DNA of 64,000 bases from Selaginella moellendorffii (Eukaryota; Plantae; Lycopodiophyta): contig NW_003314273.1 in NCBI RefSeq assembly GCF_000143415.4, forward strand, positions 1,390,601 to 1,454,600, written 5' to 3'. Positions 50,531-62,710 of the stretch are shown piece by piece. The notes below the pieces were generated by a model that made no database searches, was not told where the DNA came from, and saw only the letters and a program-made list of their open reading frames with translations. Each line of letters begins with the position of its first letter. Positions within the stretch are counted from its first letter, which is position 1. A program made the translations under genes and the position numbers.

Positions 50531-51699
50531 TGAAAGAGCATTAGGAAGGCCCTGAAGCTTTTGTTAGGGTGTGGCCACTGAGAGAGTGAGAGAGAGAGAA
50601 GGAATATGCTGTCCACAAAATATTCCCCATCTTCCTTGTATAAAACCCTTGCCCCACAAGGGCAAGGGGGGGCATTTGCGAAGAGCATTGAAGCCTTTAT
50701 CGTGTTTGAGTGAGTGTTGGGGGAGGCACCCCTCCTTCCCCGAACCCGGCGTGATGCGTAGCACTTTTTGAGGCATCATTTCTCTCTTTTTCTTTGGTCG
50801 TAGACTTTGGGAAGGAATTTCTTGTTTGTCTTGCGGTGTTTTTGTTGGATCTTGGGCGTGTTAGTCTGGAGCTCCTCTTTCCAGAAAAGTATGGTGCTCA
50901 TCAAGCCGTGCAGTATTTGAAGAGATACAATGTTTCTTAGCTCAATTTGAGGAACATTTTGGGGTTTTCACTTTCTCGCCTAGATCCTCGGCCCAATTTC
51001 TCAAAGTAATGCATTTGGGCTTCTAGATCTGGCCTAGATCTACAAGTAGTGGTGATTTTTTGCAGGGCGAATTAACGACATGCAAAAGGATTTTCTTCTC
51101 CTGCTAGATGGGGTCATCCTTGTAGCAAGAATTCATACTCCTCCAGGCTTTGTTTTGGATGTTGTTTGTTTCTAAAGGTGCTCCTGATCCTAGGATTTCT
51201 GAAAATATGAATGGTGCCTTAGTATCAATCTACATAAGTGACATGCATGTGTTTTTCCACAATATTGGGGTTGTGGGCTACCTCTTCTTGGATTTCGGGG
51301 AATATTGAGGAAGCTTCTTCAAAAATTCTTGTGATAGAGGGTAGACAGGGTTGAGCCCTTTCCAACAAGCCCACCAACAGTCAAAATGGGGAAGAATTGA
51401 GACCAAATGACACATTTTAATCTTTCGGGCTAAACTTTGTTAAGAGTTCCTTGGGAACGAAGCGATCTTCAAGGAACAGGTAGGTGTAGGAATAGGGATA
51501 GTAGGAGTAGATGTGGGAGTAGGAGCGAGACCAGGGGGTTACCAGTTACAGGTTATAGGTCCCCAATTACTAGTTACTAGTTACCAGTTACCGGCTACTC
51601 CAGCAGCTACCCTAGCGGCTACTTCGGCAGTTACCCTATGGGTCAACGATTATGTGAGCTTGAGGCCTACGTCTCCTTCCATTTTCACCCTTATTTCTC

Positions 51700-53187
51700 T
51701 TCGTCATAGGCATTTTGGGCAACTTTGAGCAACTTGAGCACTAGCATACAGTCTCCTTGCTCCTGTCAACCTAGTTGCCTTGACTGGGCATTTGCATTGT
51801 TTAGGGTATTTGATGCTGGTACAAACTAGGCATGCTACAAATGGCACATCGATATGCTGTGCCATTTGTAGTGCTGGAGTGCATTGGTAAAGCGGCTTAT
51901 TAGGTGCAGCTGCAAGTTGGGGTAAAACTTCATCCGGTATTTTATGTTAGCCAATTGAAAGGTGTACTATCTTGGAGTGACGGGCCCAATGCCTCCTTGA
52001 TGTATACGGCTGTAGAAGATGGACCAAGAGCTTGAGCAAGGTTTCCCAGAAATGGTGATCACGAGTACAACTTGTCCTTGGGACAAGGACTTTGTTGGGG
52101 GGGAAGAATTGTTAGGCACCAACTTTGACCATGTGGTCAATGTTGGTCAAAGGGAGGCTCAAGGATATATTAAGGCATGTTAGGGTGAGGGACTTAACCT
52201 ACCCTAGGGCTCACAGTGGAGCGGCGGCATAGTGGAGCTTTTGAGGTAGCTCGGGGGTGGTTGGGTGGTGAGGAACCTCAAGAGGTGGCGTAGCATAGTC
52301 TAAGGCGACTAGATCTTTGTCTTTTTGCACCGGATCATAACAGACGCTCTTGCCGGATGTGGTGTCCCCACCATCTTTATTTGAAGAAGAGGACACTCCT
52401 ATGATTACAACTTATTTCGTTAGGGTGAGGGACTTAACCTACCCTAGGGCTCACAATGGAGCGGCGGCATAGTGGAGCTTTTGAGGTAGCTCGGGGGTGG
52501 TTGGGTGGTGAGGAACCTCAAGAGGTGGCGTAGCATAGTCTAAGGCGACTAGATCCTTGTCTTTTTGCACCGGATCATAACAGACGCTCTTGCCGGATGT
52601 GGTGTCCCCACCATCTTTATTTGAAGAAGAGGACACTCCTATGATTACAACTTATTTCGATGGTGCTTTCTACCCCAAAAACTAGGTTGCCGGCATTGGA
52701 GTTTGGATGATTGATTCTACGGAGAATAAAGTAGCTGACCTCTCTATCACTATGCCAGCAACATCAACTAATGAAGTAGAGTACTTGGTGGCTATCAGTG
52801 CCATGAATTTGGCCACAGATCTCAAGTTTAGGTGAGTCACTTTCATTGGAGATGTGCAACTCATCATACGCCAACTTACTGGAGAATACCAAGTCCGCAA
52901 AGAGAACCTGAAAGGGCTATGGCAGTGGGTGGTCAACCTGAAGGATGAGTTCTCTCATGTGACTTTTCAAAGTGTCCCTCATGAAGAAAAGTTTTGGGTG
53001 GACAGGTTATCACATCAAGCAATCACCATAATGAGAGAGGCAAAAGGCACTCCTTGCTCTTTGGTTTCCAAGGTCAAGGAGGAATCTAAGATAGATGAGG
53101 CCCCTAAGCCCAAGGTTTCTCCAGACTCCAGGGTTTATACTGTTTTCCTAGGTGATGACAAGGACCCTGTCTTTATTGCCACATCAC
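51700..53187 (+). mobile_element. Tat-like Gypsy remnant with archaeal-type RNase H preceding an RT-leader region
   Basis: YFDGA..AGIG..TNEVEYLVAI..IGDVQLIIRQLTGEYQV..F.SVPHE....DRL (52650-53030), followed by VFLGDDKDPVFIATSL. Confidence 0.7.
52179..52658 (+). repeat. 240-bp direct tandem duplication (2 mismatches seen)
   Basis: 52179-52418 is repeated at 52419-52658; the ORF track shows two identical 61-aa ORFs. Confidence 0.95.
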
Positions 53188-54732
53188 TATAAGCGACTAA
53201 TTTTTCCATTCTACTTTAGTCACTTAACCACACCTCCGACCACTAAGAGGAGTCTCACTCATAACCTCCATAAGTCCTATTTTGGACTTGGGCTTGCTAG
53301 CCCCAAGAATGGCATCCCCGCCACTCAACTTTCGCACTTGGTCCAAGTGCTCCACGTGTCCAATCCCATGACCGACACCCCAGGGTACCACTAACACATC
53401 AGCCCGTTATGCTAATGCCATGCCCATTCACCTTGGTCACACCGGTGGTCTGACACCACCTACACCACAGTCCCGTCTCTCAAAGACTTGGCATCCATCT
53501 ATGAGTGATCATCCTAGATCCACTCCTTAGCATCCTTAGAATGCCCACAAACATGGGGAAAGCCTTCCCCAATATCCCCTTTCCGGTCCCCACCAAATCC
53601 CTTTTTGCCAACATTGCCACTGGATCAAGGCCCACAGGCTCGACTGCTAAGTCCCACGGTCCTCTAGGACTTCCTCACCAGACGACTGTATCCTTGGTCA
53701 CTACACCAGAGGACTACTCCACTTCCTTTCCACAGTCTGGGCCTTTGGGACAATATTTCGGAACACTGTGGCCTTACGCAAGCCTCGTGGGTACTCCCCC
53801 ACCTTCCGCCTTTGGGTGCTCTAGCCATGGGCTTAGAGTGAGGTTCTGTTGAGCCACGCCAGGTATCCAAGTAGGTAGTGCCACCCACACTTGGACTGTG
53901 AGCATTGGCCAGTCGATCTCCCGGGGGAACTACAACTGGCTTTTGAACACTTCACCAAGCTACCCGGCTTGTTGATCTGTGTTCACTCTAGTCTTGGACT
54001 TCCCAGTGGTTATCCCATCACCCAACACTGGGTACAGCTTTTCTGGGCCAAACTGGCCTTTCCTGGCCAAACTAGCTCCACTGCAGTCCTCCCCCTACTA
54101 TACTTTTGGAGCTCACCAAACCCCCCAGGGTCTAGGAGATGAACGCTTTGGGCTTTCACCCTTTCAGACTCGAACTCGGACTTGGACTCAGACTCAGACT
54201 CGGACTCGGACTCAGACTTGGGATCGGGCTTGGTCTCGGTCTCGGTCTCGGTCCCGATCTTGGTCTCGGTCTCGGTCTCGATCTTGGTCTTGGTCCCGGT
54301 CTCGGTCTCGACCTCGGGTCCTTTTCGGACTCCATCTTAGACTCCATCTCGGATTCCATCTCGGACTCCATCTCGGACTCTATCTCGGGTCCATCTCGGA
54401 CTCCGTCTCGGATTCCATCTCAAGTCCATCTTGGACTTCATCTCAGACTCCATCTCGGGTCCATCTCGGACTCCATCTCAGGCCCACCTCGGACTCCATC
54501 TCGGGTCCATCTCGAGTCCATGTCGAACTCCATCTTGGACTCCATCTCGCACCCCATCTCGGGTCCATTTCGGACTCCATCTCGGGTCCATCTCGGACAC
54601 TTCCACATCTCCTGTGTTGGTCCTTTTGGGTCCCTTTTTGGAGCCTCACTTATTGCTCACTTCGTGCTTGTTCTTTTAGCACTTCTTTGGGAGTTCCACT
54701 CCCGCTCTTGACCTTTCAAGTTAGAGCTTTTA
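53188..54732 (-). mobile_element. Family-A LTR interrupted by a family-B element
   Basis: Starts TATAAGCGACTAA, carries the tandem array at ~54165-54598, and breaks after GAGCTTTTA where TGTAGCGC begins. Confidence 0.85.
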
Positions 54733-57700
54733 TGTAGCGCACGTGGTTTTGACCCTTTATCCTATGGTGATTTACCATAGGATAACACCATGAAGCAGAA
54801 CCTAAACCCTCTTTGTGCCACGTGTCATATGCCACGTGTCCATAGGAACCTGAGGTTTAGGGCCTTGGGCCACTGAATGAAGGAACGGTGCCAAACTCCC
54901 AAACATGGAGCCAAGGAGTGACGGAACTGAACCACAGAGCAACTCCCGAGCTTAAAGCCCAAGGAGCGAAGGAACAGGAGCCTGGAGCGACTTGGAACAG
55001 TCCTGGAGCAACCAGCATCCCAATGCCAGGACCAGCACGCAAAACGGAGCCAAACGGAGTCTGGTGCTATTTCGGCATGCCGGTGGCCTAACGCGAAGAT
55101 ATGGGTACTCCACTAACTAGCATGGAATGGAACTTGGGCTTAGACCCAAGCTGAATGCAGAACAAGGACAGGCACGCAAGCGGGAGCTAGACTATACCTC
55201 AAGTTGGTCGGCCATGCCCAACCTACCCACTATCCCTACTATACATTTGGAACCCCCCACAGCCCCCCCCCCCTTCCTCCCCCCCTTGAGGAACACACGC
55301 TTTGGGCTTTCACCCCAAGCCTCCCTTAGTATCAGGAGTTAGTCTCTGGGACAAGCTCGAAACTTACTAAATATGGAATGTCTTTAGATTGCGAATTTGG
55401 ACATGGGACGAACACCATTGTGTTCAGGCCGATCTCTACATTCCGTAGATATGTCAAATGAGCAAATCTTGACACTTTCCATAAATAGCATTTGGGACCG
55501 AAATGAGACTAACACAAAGGGCATGATAGTGAGGGTGTTTGGCAAACATGGTAAGCTATCATTTAGCGAATATTGAGGGACCAATCTCAATATCGCGGGG
55601 GTTCCCAACACTAGCAAGTGCAAGTCAACGAATGAGTTTCTCTAACTAGGTCAAGTATGCTTGACTAATAGCACTTAGGAATTCCGTCCTTATGCCCATC
55701 TGGTCAAGTGCACACGCGAGGACCAGTTTCTCAACTAGCTTAGGCGGAGACTGATAACGGGTCTAGCAATACCGACCTCCTGCCGTCGCGGCAGTAAGGT
55801 AAGAGTGTCCGTAAGGACTAGCCGACAGGTAACTTTTGATACTTGAAGTCACATTCGCGACACTCTCCCCCCCTTGGGAAGATTGACGTCCTCGTCGATG
55901 CATACTCGAGTCTAGAATACCGCCAAGGAAACAACTCCAGAAAAAGTTCACAGTACTCACACTATGTGAGAAATGCACCAACTTAAATGAGTTAGGGGGC
56001 AACCTCTTTGTCTAATGCGGATGCGCTACCAGCTCAGACACCTTCCGGCCATCACCGACGAGGAAATGACCAACGGAGTCAGCCACCCTTGCTGCTCTGG
56101 GAGTCACCCAACTTACAAAAGTGTGATACACCCCTGCCCGCAGGAACATAGAGACAGAAACCAGAGGCCCCAACCCTCCTGAGCAAAGAAACCAAACCCG
56201 TCGGTAAGGTTTAAATAGACTACTATAAACAGGCAATTAGAGTTTTTTACACGGTCACGCCCTTTTAACGGAATAAGGAACATCGACAAAGAGGCGGGTT
56301 ATGTGACCAGTCAACAGTAGCTACCCCATGACTAGAGATTTCAACATGCACATGAAGTGCCGAAGCCAGTCTGCCCATTACTGGCCCAAACTCAAAGATC
56401 ATTAGAAGGACAATATCAAAGTTAGAGACAATGATATCTTAGAAGCTTAATTATCAATGATTATATCTTAGAGTAGAACACAAAAGTATTCTAAGCAAGT
56501 TATTATCCGATAAACCAGTAGTAAAGTATAAGAACCACCAAGATCATCATAATTGGTAAACATAGGATTCACCATCAAACAAAATTCAATAGCAAGTATA
56601 TCATCAAGTAAACTCAATGATAAAGTGTAACTATTAAAAATTGTAGACAGAATGCCAAACAATTTACGAAAGATAACTCAAAGAACACAAAGTATCATTG
56701 ACTAACAAGCAAAATGCTCGCGAATGTATCACCTGAAGGAAATAACTGTAAGCGACTAAATTTTCCATTCTACTTTAGTCACTTAACCACACCTCCGACC
56801 ACTTGGAGGAGTCTCATTCACAACCTCCATAAGTCCAATCCAAGACTTGGGACTTGCTAGCCCCAAGAATGGCATCCATGCCACTCAACATTTGCACTTG
56901 GTCCAAGTGCTCCACGTGTCTGATCCCATGACCGACACTCAAAGGTACCACCGACATGGCAGCCCGTTACGCTAAGGCCACGCCCAATCACCTTTGCCCC
57001 ACTAGTAGTCCAATACCACTTACGTCACAGTCTTGGCTCTCCAAAACTAGGCAAACCATCTGTGAGTGGTCATCTCAGATCCACTCCTTAGCATCTTTAG
57101 GATGCCCACCGACAAGGGGAATAGCCTTCCCCAATATCCCTCTATCAGTCCCCACTAAGTCCCTTTCTACCCCTGGCCGTGTTTGCCAACACTGCCACTG
57201 GATCGAGACCCACAGGCCCGACCACTAAGTCCCACGGTCCTCTGGGACTTCCTCACCACACGACTGTGTCCTTGGTCACTACCCCAGAGGACTGCTCCTC
57301 TTCCTTTCCACAGTCTGGGCCTTTGGGATAACATTTCGGAACACCGTGGCCTTACGCGAGCCACCTGGGTACTCTCCTCGCCTTTCACCTTTAGATGCTC
57401 TAGCCATGGGCTTAGAGCAAGGTTCCGTTGAGCCACGACAAGTATCCAAGTAGGTAGTGCCACCCACACTTGGACTGGGAGCATCGGCCAGTCGATCTCC
57501 CGGGGGAACTAGAGCCAGCTCTTGAACACTTCACCAAGCTACCCCGCTTGTCGGTCCGTGTTCACTCTAGTCTTGGACTTCCCAATGGGCAGCTCATCAC
57601 CCAACACTGGGTCCGGCCTTCCTGGGCCAAACTGGCCTTTCCTGGCCAAACTGGCTCCACTGCAGTCCTCCCCCTACTATACTTTTGGAGCTCACCAAAC

Positions 57701-58540
57701 CCCCCAGAGTCTGGGAGACGAATGCTTTGGGCTTTCACCCTCTCAGACTCGAACTCAGACTCGGCCTCGGACTCGGACTCGGACTCGGACTCGGACTCGG
57801 ATTCGGACTCGGACTCGGACTCGGCCTCGGCCTCAGTCTCGGTCTCGGTCCCGATCTCGGTCTCGGTCTCGGTCCCGGTCTCGGTCTTGGTCCCGGTCTC
57901 AACTTCGGACTCCATCTCGGGTCCATCTCGGACTCCATCTCGGACTCCATCTCGGGTCCACCTCAGACTCCACTTTGGACTCCATCTTGGGTCCTTCTCG
58001 GACTCCATCTCGGACTCCATCTCGGGTCCATCTCGGGTCCCATCTTGGGTCCATCTCGGGTCCATCTCGGACTCCGTCTCGGACTCCATCTCGGGTCCAT
58101 CTCGGACTCCATCTCGGGTCCATCTTGGGTCCACCTCGGACTCCATGTCGGACTCCATGTCGGACTCTATCTCGGGTCCATCTCGGGTCTACCTCGGACT
58201 CCACCTCGGACTCCATCTCGAGGTCCTTCTCGGACTCCACTTCGGACTCCAACTCGGGTCCATCTCGGACACTTCCACGTGTTATGTGTTGGTCCTTTTA
58301 GGTCCCTTTTTTGGAGCCTCACTTATTGCTCTCTTTGTGCTTGTTCCTCGAGCACTTCGTTGGGAGTTCCACTCCCACTCTTGACCTTTCAAGGCAGAGC
58401 TTTTAGTCCAAATGTGTTGCGCTCGTTTGGCTTTCGCTTCGGCCACTACCACATGGCGCCTTTCCGGCTCCACTTTGGGGCCTAGGGATTTTGTGTCTCA
58501 CAATAACATCCTGATCTATCAGAACTAATTGGTCCTGGTC
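54733..58540 (+). mobile_element. Family-B LTR element fragment (homologous to 2900-4270), containing a family-A solo LTR
   Basis: Begins TGTAGCGCAC. The sequence on either side of the nested solo LTR rejoins as GGAAATAAC-ATCCTGATCTATCAGAACTAA, matching the reverse complement of ~2900-2935. Confidence 0.75.
56747..58502 (-). mobile_element. Intact family-A solo LTR (1756 bp) with TSD ATAAC
   Basis: ATAAC|TGTAAGCGAC...TTGTGTCTCACA|ATAAC. Confidence 0.95.
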
Positions 58541-58859
58541 CTCAGATATTCCTCAAATATTCTGGTCCTCAGAATATTCCCCATCTTCCTTGTATAAAAC
58601 CCTTGCCCCACAAGGGCAAGCAGGGCATTTGCGAAGAGTGGCATTGGGGGAGGTGCCCCTCCTTCCCCCAACACTTTTCAAGTCTGTATTTGATAACAAA
58701 GTCAAACGGACTCAAGAATTGTGGCCACCTTGCTTAACGACGGCTCAAAACTCGGGAAGTGGCACAGTACTCGTGATTTTTGTGATCCATCTAGACTGTT
58801 GTTTGATGGCCCGCCCCCTCCAAGAAATGATGCCACTCTCCAAAGGAATCCATGATGGC

Positions 58860-61373
58860 AAGGAGCTCCTTGTCATGGATTGTGTGATGCCAAAGTAGTC
58901 TTCTATTCATTACCAGGTTGGATCCGGATCAGGTTGTATGCTCCATGGAAGTTGATCTTGGTGAAGAAGCGAGCACCGCCAAGGCGTTCCAACAGGTCCA
59001 AGATCAGGGGCAGCGGATAACGGTTCCGAATAGTCACCTTGTTCAAACCTCGGTAGTCGATGACTATCTACAAACTCCCGTCCTTCTTCTTGACAAAGAA
59101 GACAAACTCTCCAACCAGGGACTATGAATGCTGAATGTACCCCGATGCAAGGTTCTCATCCACGTACTCTTTGAGGGTCTTAAGCTCAGACGGGGATAAC
59201 CTATAGATAGGCCCCCACAGAGGTGACACTCCTTTCTGTAAATCAATGGAACAGTTGTAAGGTTGATGAACAGGTAGTACACTAGCTTTTTTTTTTGTGA
59301 AACACATCCCAAAAATTATGATACTTTTTAAGAAGACTGACAGAAGAAACATGCAAAGCAAAAAGGAAAACAAATTCTTCATAAAGGAGTTTTTTCATAG
59401 TGATTGTGGAGATAGGAGGAGGTATACAACTCAATGGAGTGATAAGATGAGGATACTGTCTAGTGTAAGATGGAAGAGAGGGAAAAGAAGATTAAGGGAT
59501 AGGGAGCAAAGAGAATGAAAACTTTGTAGAGTCAAGAATAGAACCCTGATTTGAGTTTAGGGAACTTTTCCTAATTTGGACTCGATGAACAGTAGGGGAA
59601 GACGTGGGAGATGGTGATGTGGGAGAGACGAGCTGTAATTCCTTCCAACAGATCTGAGGCTGGTGCAGTTGGAACCAAGGAAGGCTGAGCACCATAGAGG
59701 AGGACTTGCTGTTGATGATGTTGAAGGCGATATCAGTGACGGTATACCCAATGTGTACTCGAACGGGCAACATTTCCCTAAGTCCAAAAGATAGAGACAC
59801 AAAATGCCCGCTGATGCCTTCAACCCTCAGATCCTATATGGTAGGAGAAAGAGGAATGTGATGTTCGGCAGCAAAGTCCGTGTCTATGAAGCAGGAAGTT
59901 GCACTCGAATCCAATAGTGTCAAAGCCTTGAGTCTTGATTTTTTGGTGAAAGAAAGGAGACATGGGATGCGGAAGTTGCAAGAATTGGTGGTGGCTTTGA
60001 TGAAAGGTAGTGAGGAGCTTGATGAAGAAGAAAAGTAATTTTTATTCGGGGAGTCCAAACAAACAGCTTTTACTCTGTTTGGACAGGGTCATTTCCCAAC
60101 TGCAATAGAGGTGGACCTTGAGGTAGAGTGAACTCAAGTAGTCGAGGAGGCTTTTTGGGACACACTTGGGCTTTGTGATTAGGATCAGCATAGTAGAGGC
60201 AAAGATTCTGAGATACTTGACGTTGCTTCCCTCTAATGAGTCGAGGAGTACCAGAAATATCCATCGGGACTGGAGCAGTAGGTTCAGGAGTATGCCTCAA
60301 AGACTCAAGCTGGGATTCCTGAGTCTAGGATGGGAAAACGGCGGCGCAGCGACTTTCCTGATGATGTTCAAAGAGATGATTGTCATATCAAACAGCTTTG
60401 TTGATGGCGTCCAACAGTTCCATGGGATCCTCCATGGTGAGCAACAAATCCTTGACACTGTTGTTGAGGCTAAAAACGAAAATGATCAATCAGGGCCCGC
60501 TCATCCCATTAAGTGTCCCAGGCAAGGAGTTGGAACTCCACAGCATAGATCGAGGCACGACCGGAACCACAACTGGAACCATGACCCCTTTCATGCTCTT
60601 CTTCAAGAGAGGAGAAAACCATGACAAAGCTGCACCTTCGAGCAATGTCCCGATCATGCTGATTTGAGACTCAAGAGTGGGGTACTGCTGATGTTGAAGT
60701 CTGAAGATCAGCTCCATTTGGTTCAAGAATCCGCGAAGCTCTAAACGCTTGCCTGAGAACTTCACCAGGAAACTCACCTTCGATTCAGGAACTCTGCTTG
60801 ATCCTTGAACCGAAAGTGAAGTAAGCTCCTATTGCATGTGAAGAAGGGCTGCGGTATTCTCAAACCGGATTTTTGCAAGGACTTCGGTGAAGGAATCAAG
60901 ATGGCTTGGAGACTCCATCAGCAAAGAAGAAAGAAAAGGGGGAAAAAGGCAAAGGCAATCAAACAATCAAAATGAGTTAAAGCAAAAGCAAAAAGCACAA
61001 TCTGAATCAAACTGTCAAGACCCCCAACAAGATCAGGACTAGAAAATGCAGAAGACAAAGAGAAAAACTAGTGGAGACAAAAAAGAGACCTTAGATTGGT
61101 GTTAATTCAGATTGTGGAGAAATAGAACAAAGCTAACTTATATATAGTATAGGTTGATGAAGCTTCACCACTATTGGATCAAGGATAGCCTAAATATAGC
61201 TGAGGTCGAGGAGGCACCACGTCATTATCAGGAATGTGGTTCAAGAATCAGGAATCGTACGGGAAATCAGAGAGTCAGGAATAGGGAAGTGTCTCGAGAG
61301 TCAGGAATATGGTCTGTGGATCAGGAATCCAGCGAGAGTCAGAAATGTGGCAAGAATTGGGGGATTCCTGACA
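58860..61373 (-). mobile_element. Chromovirus 5' part: 5' LTR (61013-61373), gag, protease and N-terminal RT (degenerate)
   Basis: LTR TGTCAAGACCCCC..GGGGGATTCCTGACA; gag KFSGKRLELRGFLNQM..LLEGAALSWF; knuckle CLYYADPNHKAQVCP; protease LLDSSATSCFID; [41 protein letters not shown]. Confidence 0.92.
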
Positions 61374-62710
61374 CTTATACATTTCAAAAAGTTATTACAA
61401 ACACTTTCAAAGAATATCTCACTAATTTCATGAGAGTTTTTATGGATGATTTTAGTTTTTTTACCTCCAAAATGGAATATTTAATTTTCTTGCAAAAATG
61501 TTTCCAAAAATGTAGAAAACATGAAATTTTTCTTAATTCAGAGAAATGTACCTTCTTTGTAAATTAGGGCATACTTTTAGATTATATTGTATGCAAGGAA
61601 GATATCTTTGTAAACAAAGACAAAACTCAAGTGATTGAGACAATGTCTCCACCACACGACTTAAAAAGTCTTTGTTATTTTCTAGGCAAAGTTGGCTATT
61701 ATAAGTGATTTATAAAAACTTATGTAAAGATTTCCAAACCACTTACTGAATTTTAAGAAATTAAAGAAAGATACTCCATTTATATAGAATGAAAAATTTT
61801 CAAAAAACATTTTAAGTCTTAAACATTGCCTCAAAAAAACATCTATACTTATTAAGCCAGGTTAAAATAAGAAGTTTCACCTACAGATGGATACTTTTGA
61901 TATTATCACAAGTGCAATATTGTACCAGATATAAGATGATTAAAAAGATCATTTTATTTATTATGTTAATAGATGATTAAATTTTACAGAGCATAAGTAC
62001 ACAATGACTGAATAAAAAACCTTATGCATAGTTTACACCTTACAAAAATTTAGGCATTATCTTTTGGCAATAAAAGTAATTATCTTTGTTGACTATAAGG
62101 TTTTTTTATATCTCATCAACAAGCTATGCATATTTACTCGACTAACTAAATGGTTTTTACTATTACAAGAATATAATCTTCAAATAGTAAATAGACTTAG
62201 AAAAATCCATAAACTAATTGCCTAAGCCATATCACTACAGGAGAGTCACATAATACTAAGATAAATAAACTCCTAAATGCTCAATTATTTACAATCTTTA
62301 TACTTACCACTTGGTTGAAAGATATACAAATTTATCTTTTTATGGACACCATTCCACCCCACTATAACTTGCAAGCGAAAAAAAAGTTGTTTGTCTTGAG
62401 GACATGACTTTACTCTATCGTAGAAGAGTGTCTATATAAATTACGCATTGATAGAACGCTAAAGAAATGTATTAACAAACAAGAAGAAAGAAATGAAATC
62501 TTAATAAAAGCTCACTCAAGCCCATCAGGAGGCCATTATGCAAACGAAATCACTACTAAAAAAGTCTTGTGGTGGCCTATATTGTGGAAAGATACAACAA
62601 TTTTCTGCAAAAATTGTGATATTTGCCAAAAACGATAAACTACTGCCTAAAAAGCAAAGTCACATACTAAGTCCTACTTATCCATATAAAGCATTTCATA
62701 AATGAAGATT
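61374..62710 (+). mobile_element. Old Gypsy pol remnant (RT-RNase H-integrase zinc finger)
   Basis: TFQKVI..FMRVFMDDF..LNSEKCTF..FLGKVGYY..KFRHYLL..HSSPSGGHY..WWPILWKD....KNCDICQ, with many stops. Confidence 0.85.

Noticed and set aside
50530-51700. Additional LTR-like repeat (part shared with ~58573-58670)
   Set aside because: The repeat is visible, but I could not define termini, PBS or TSD.
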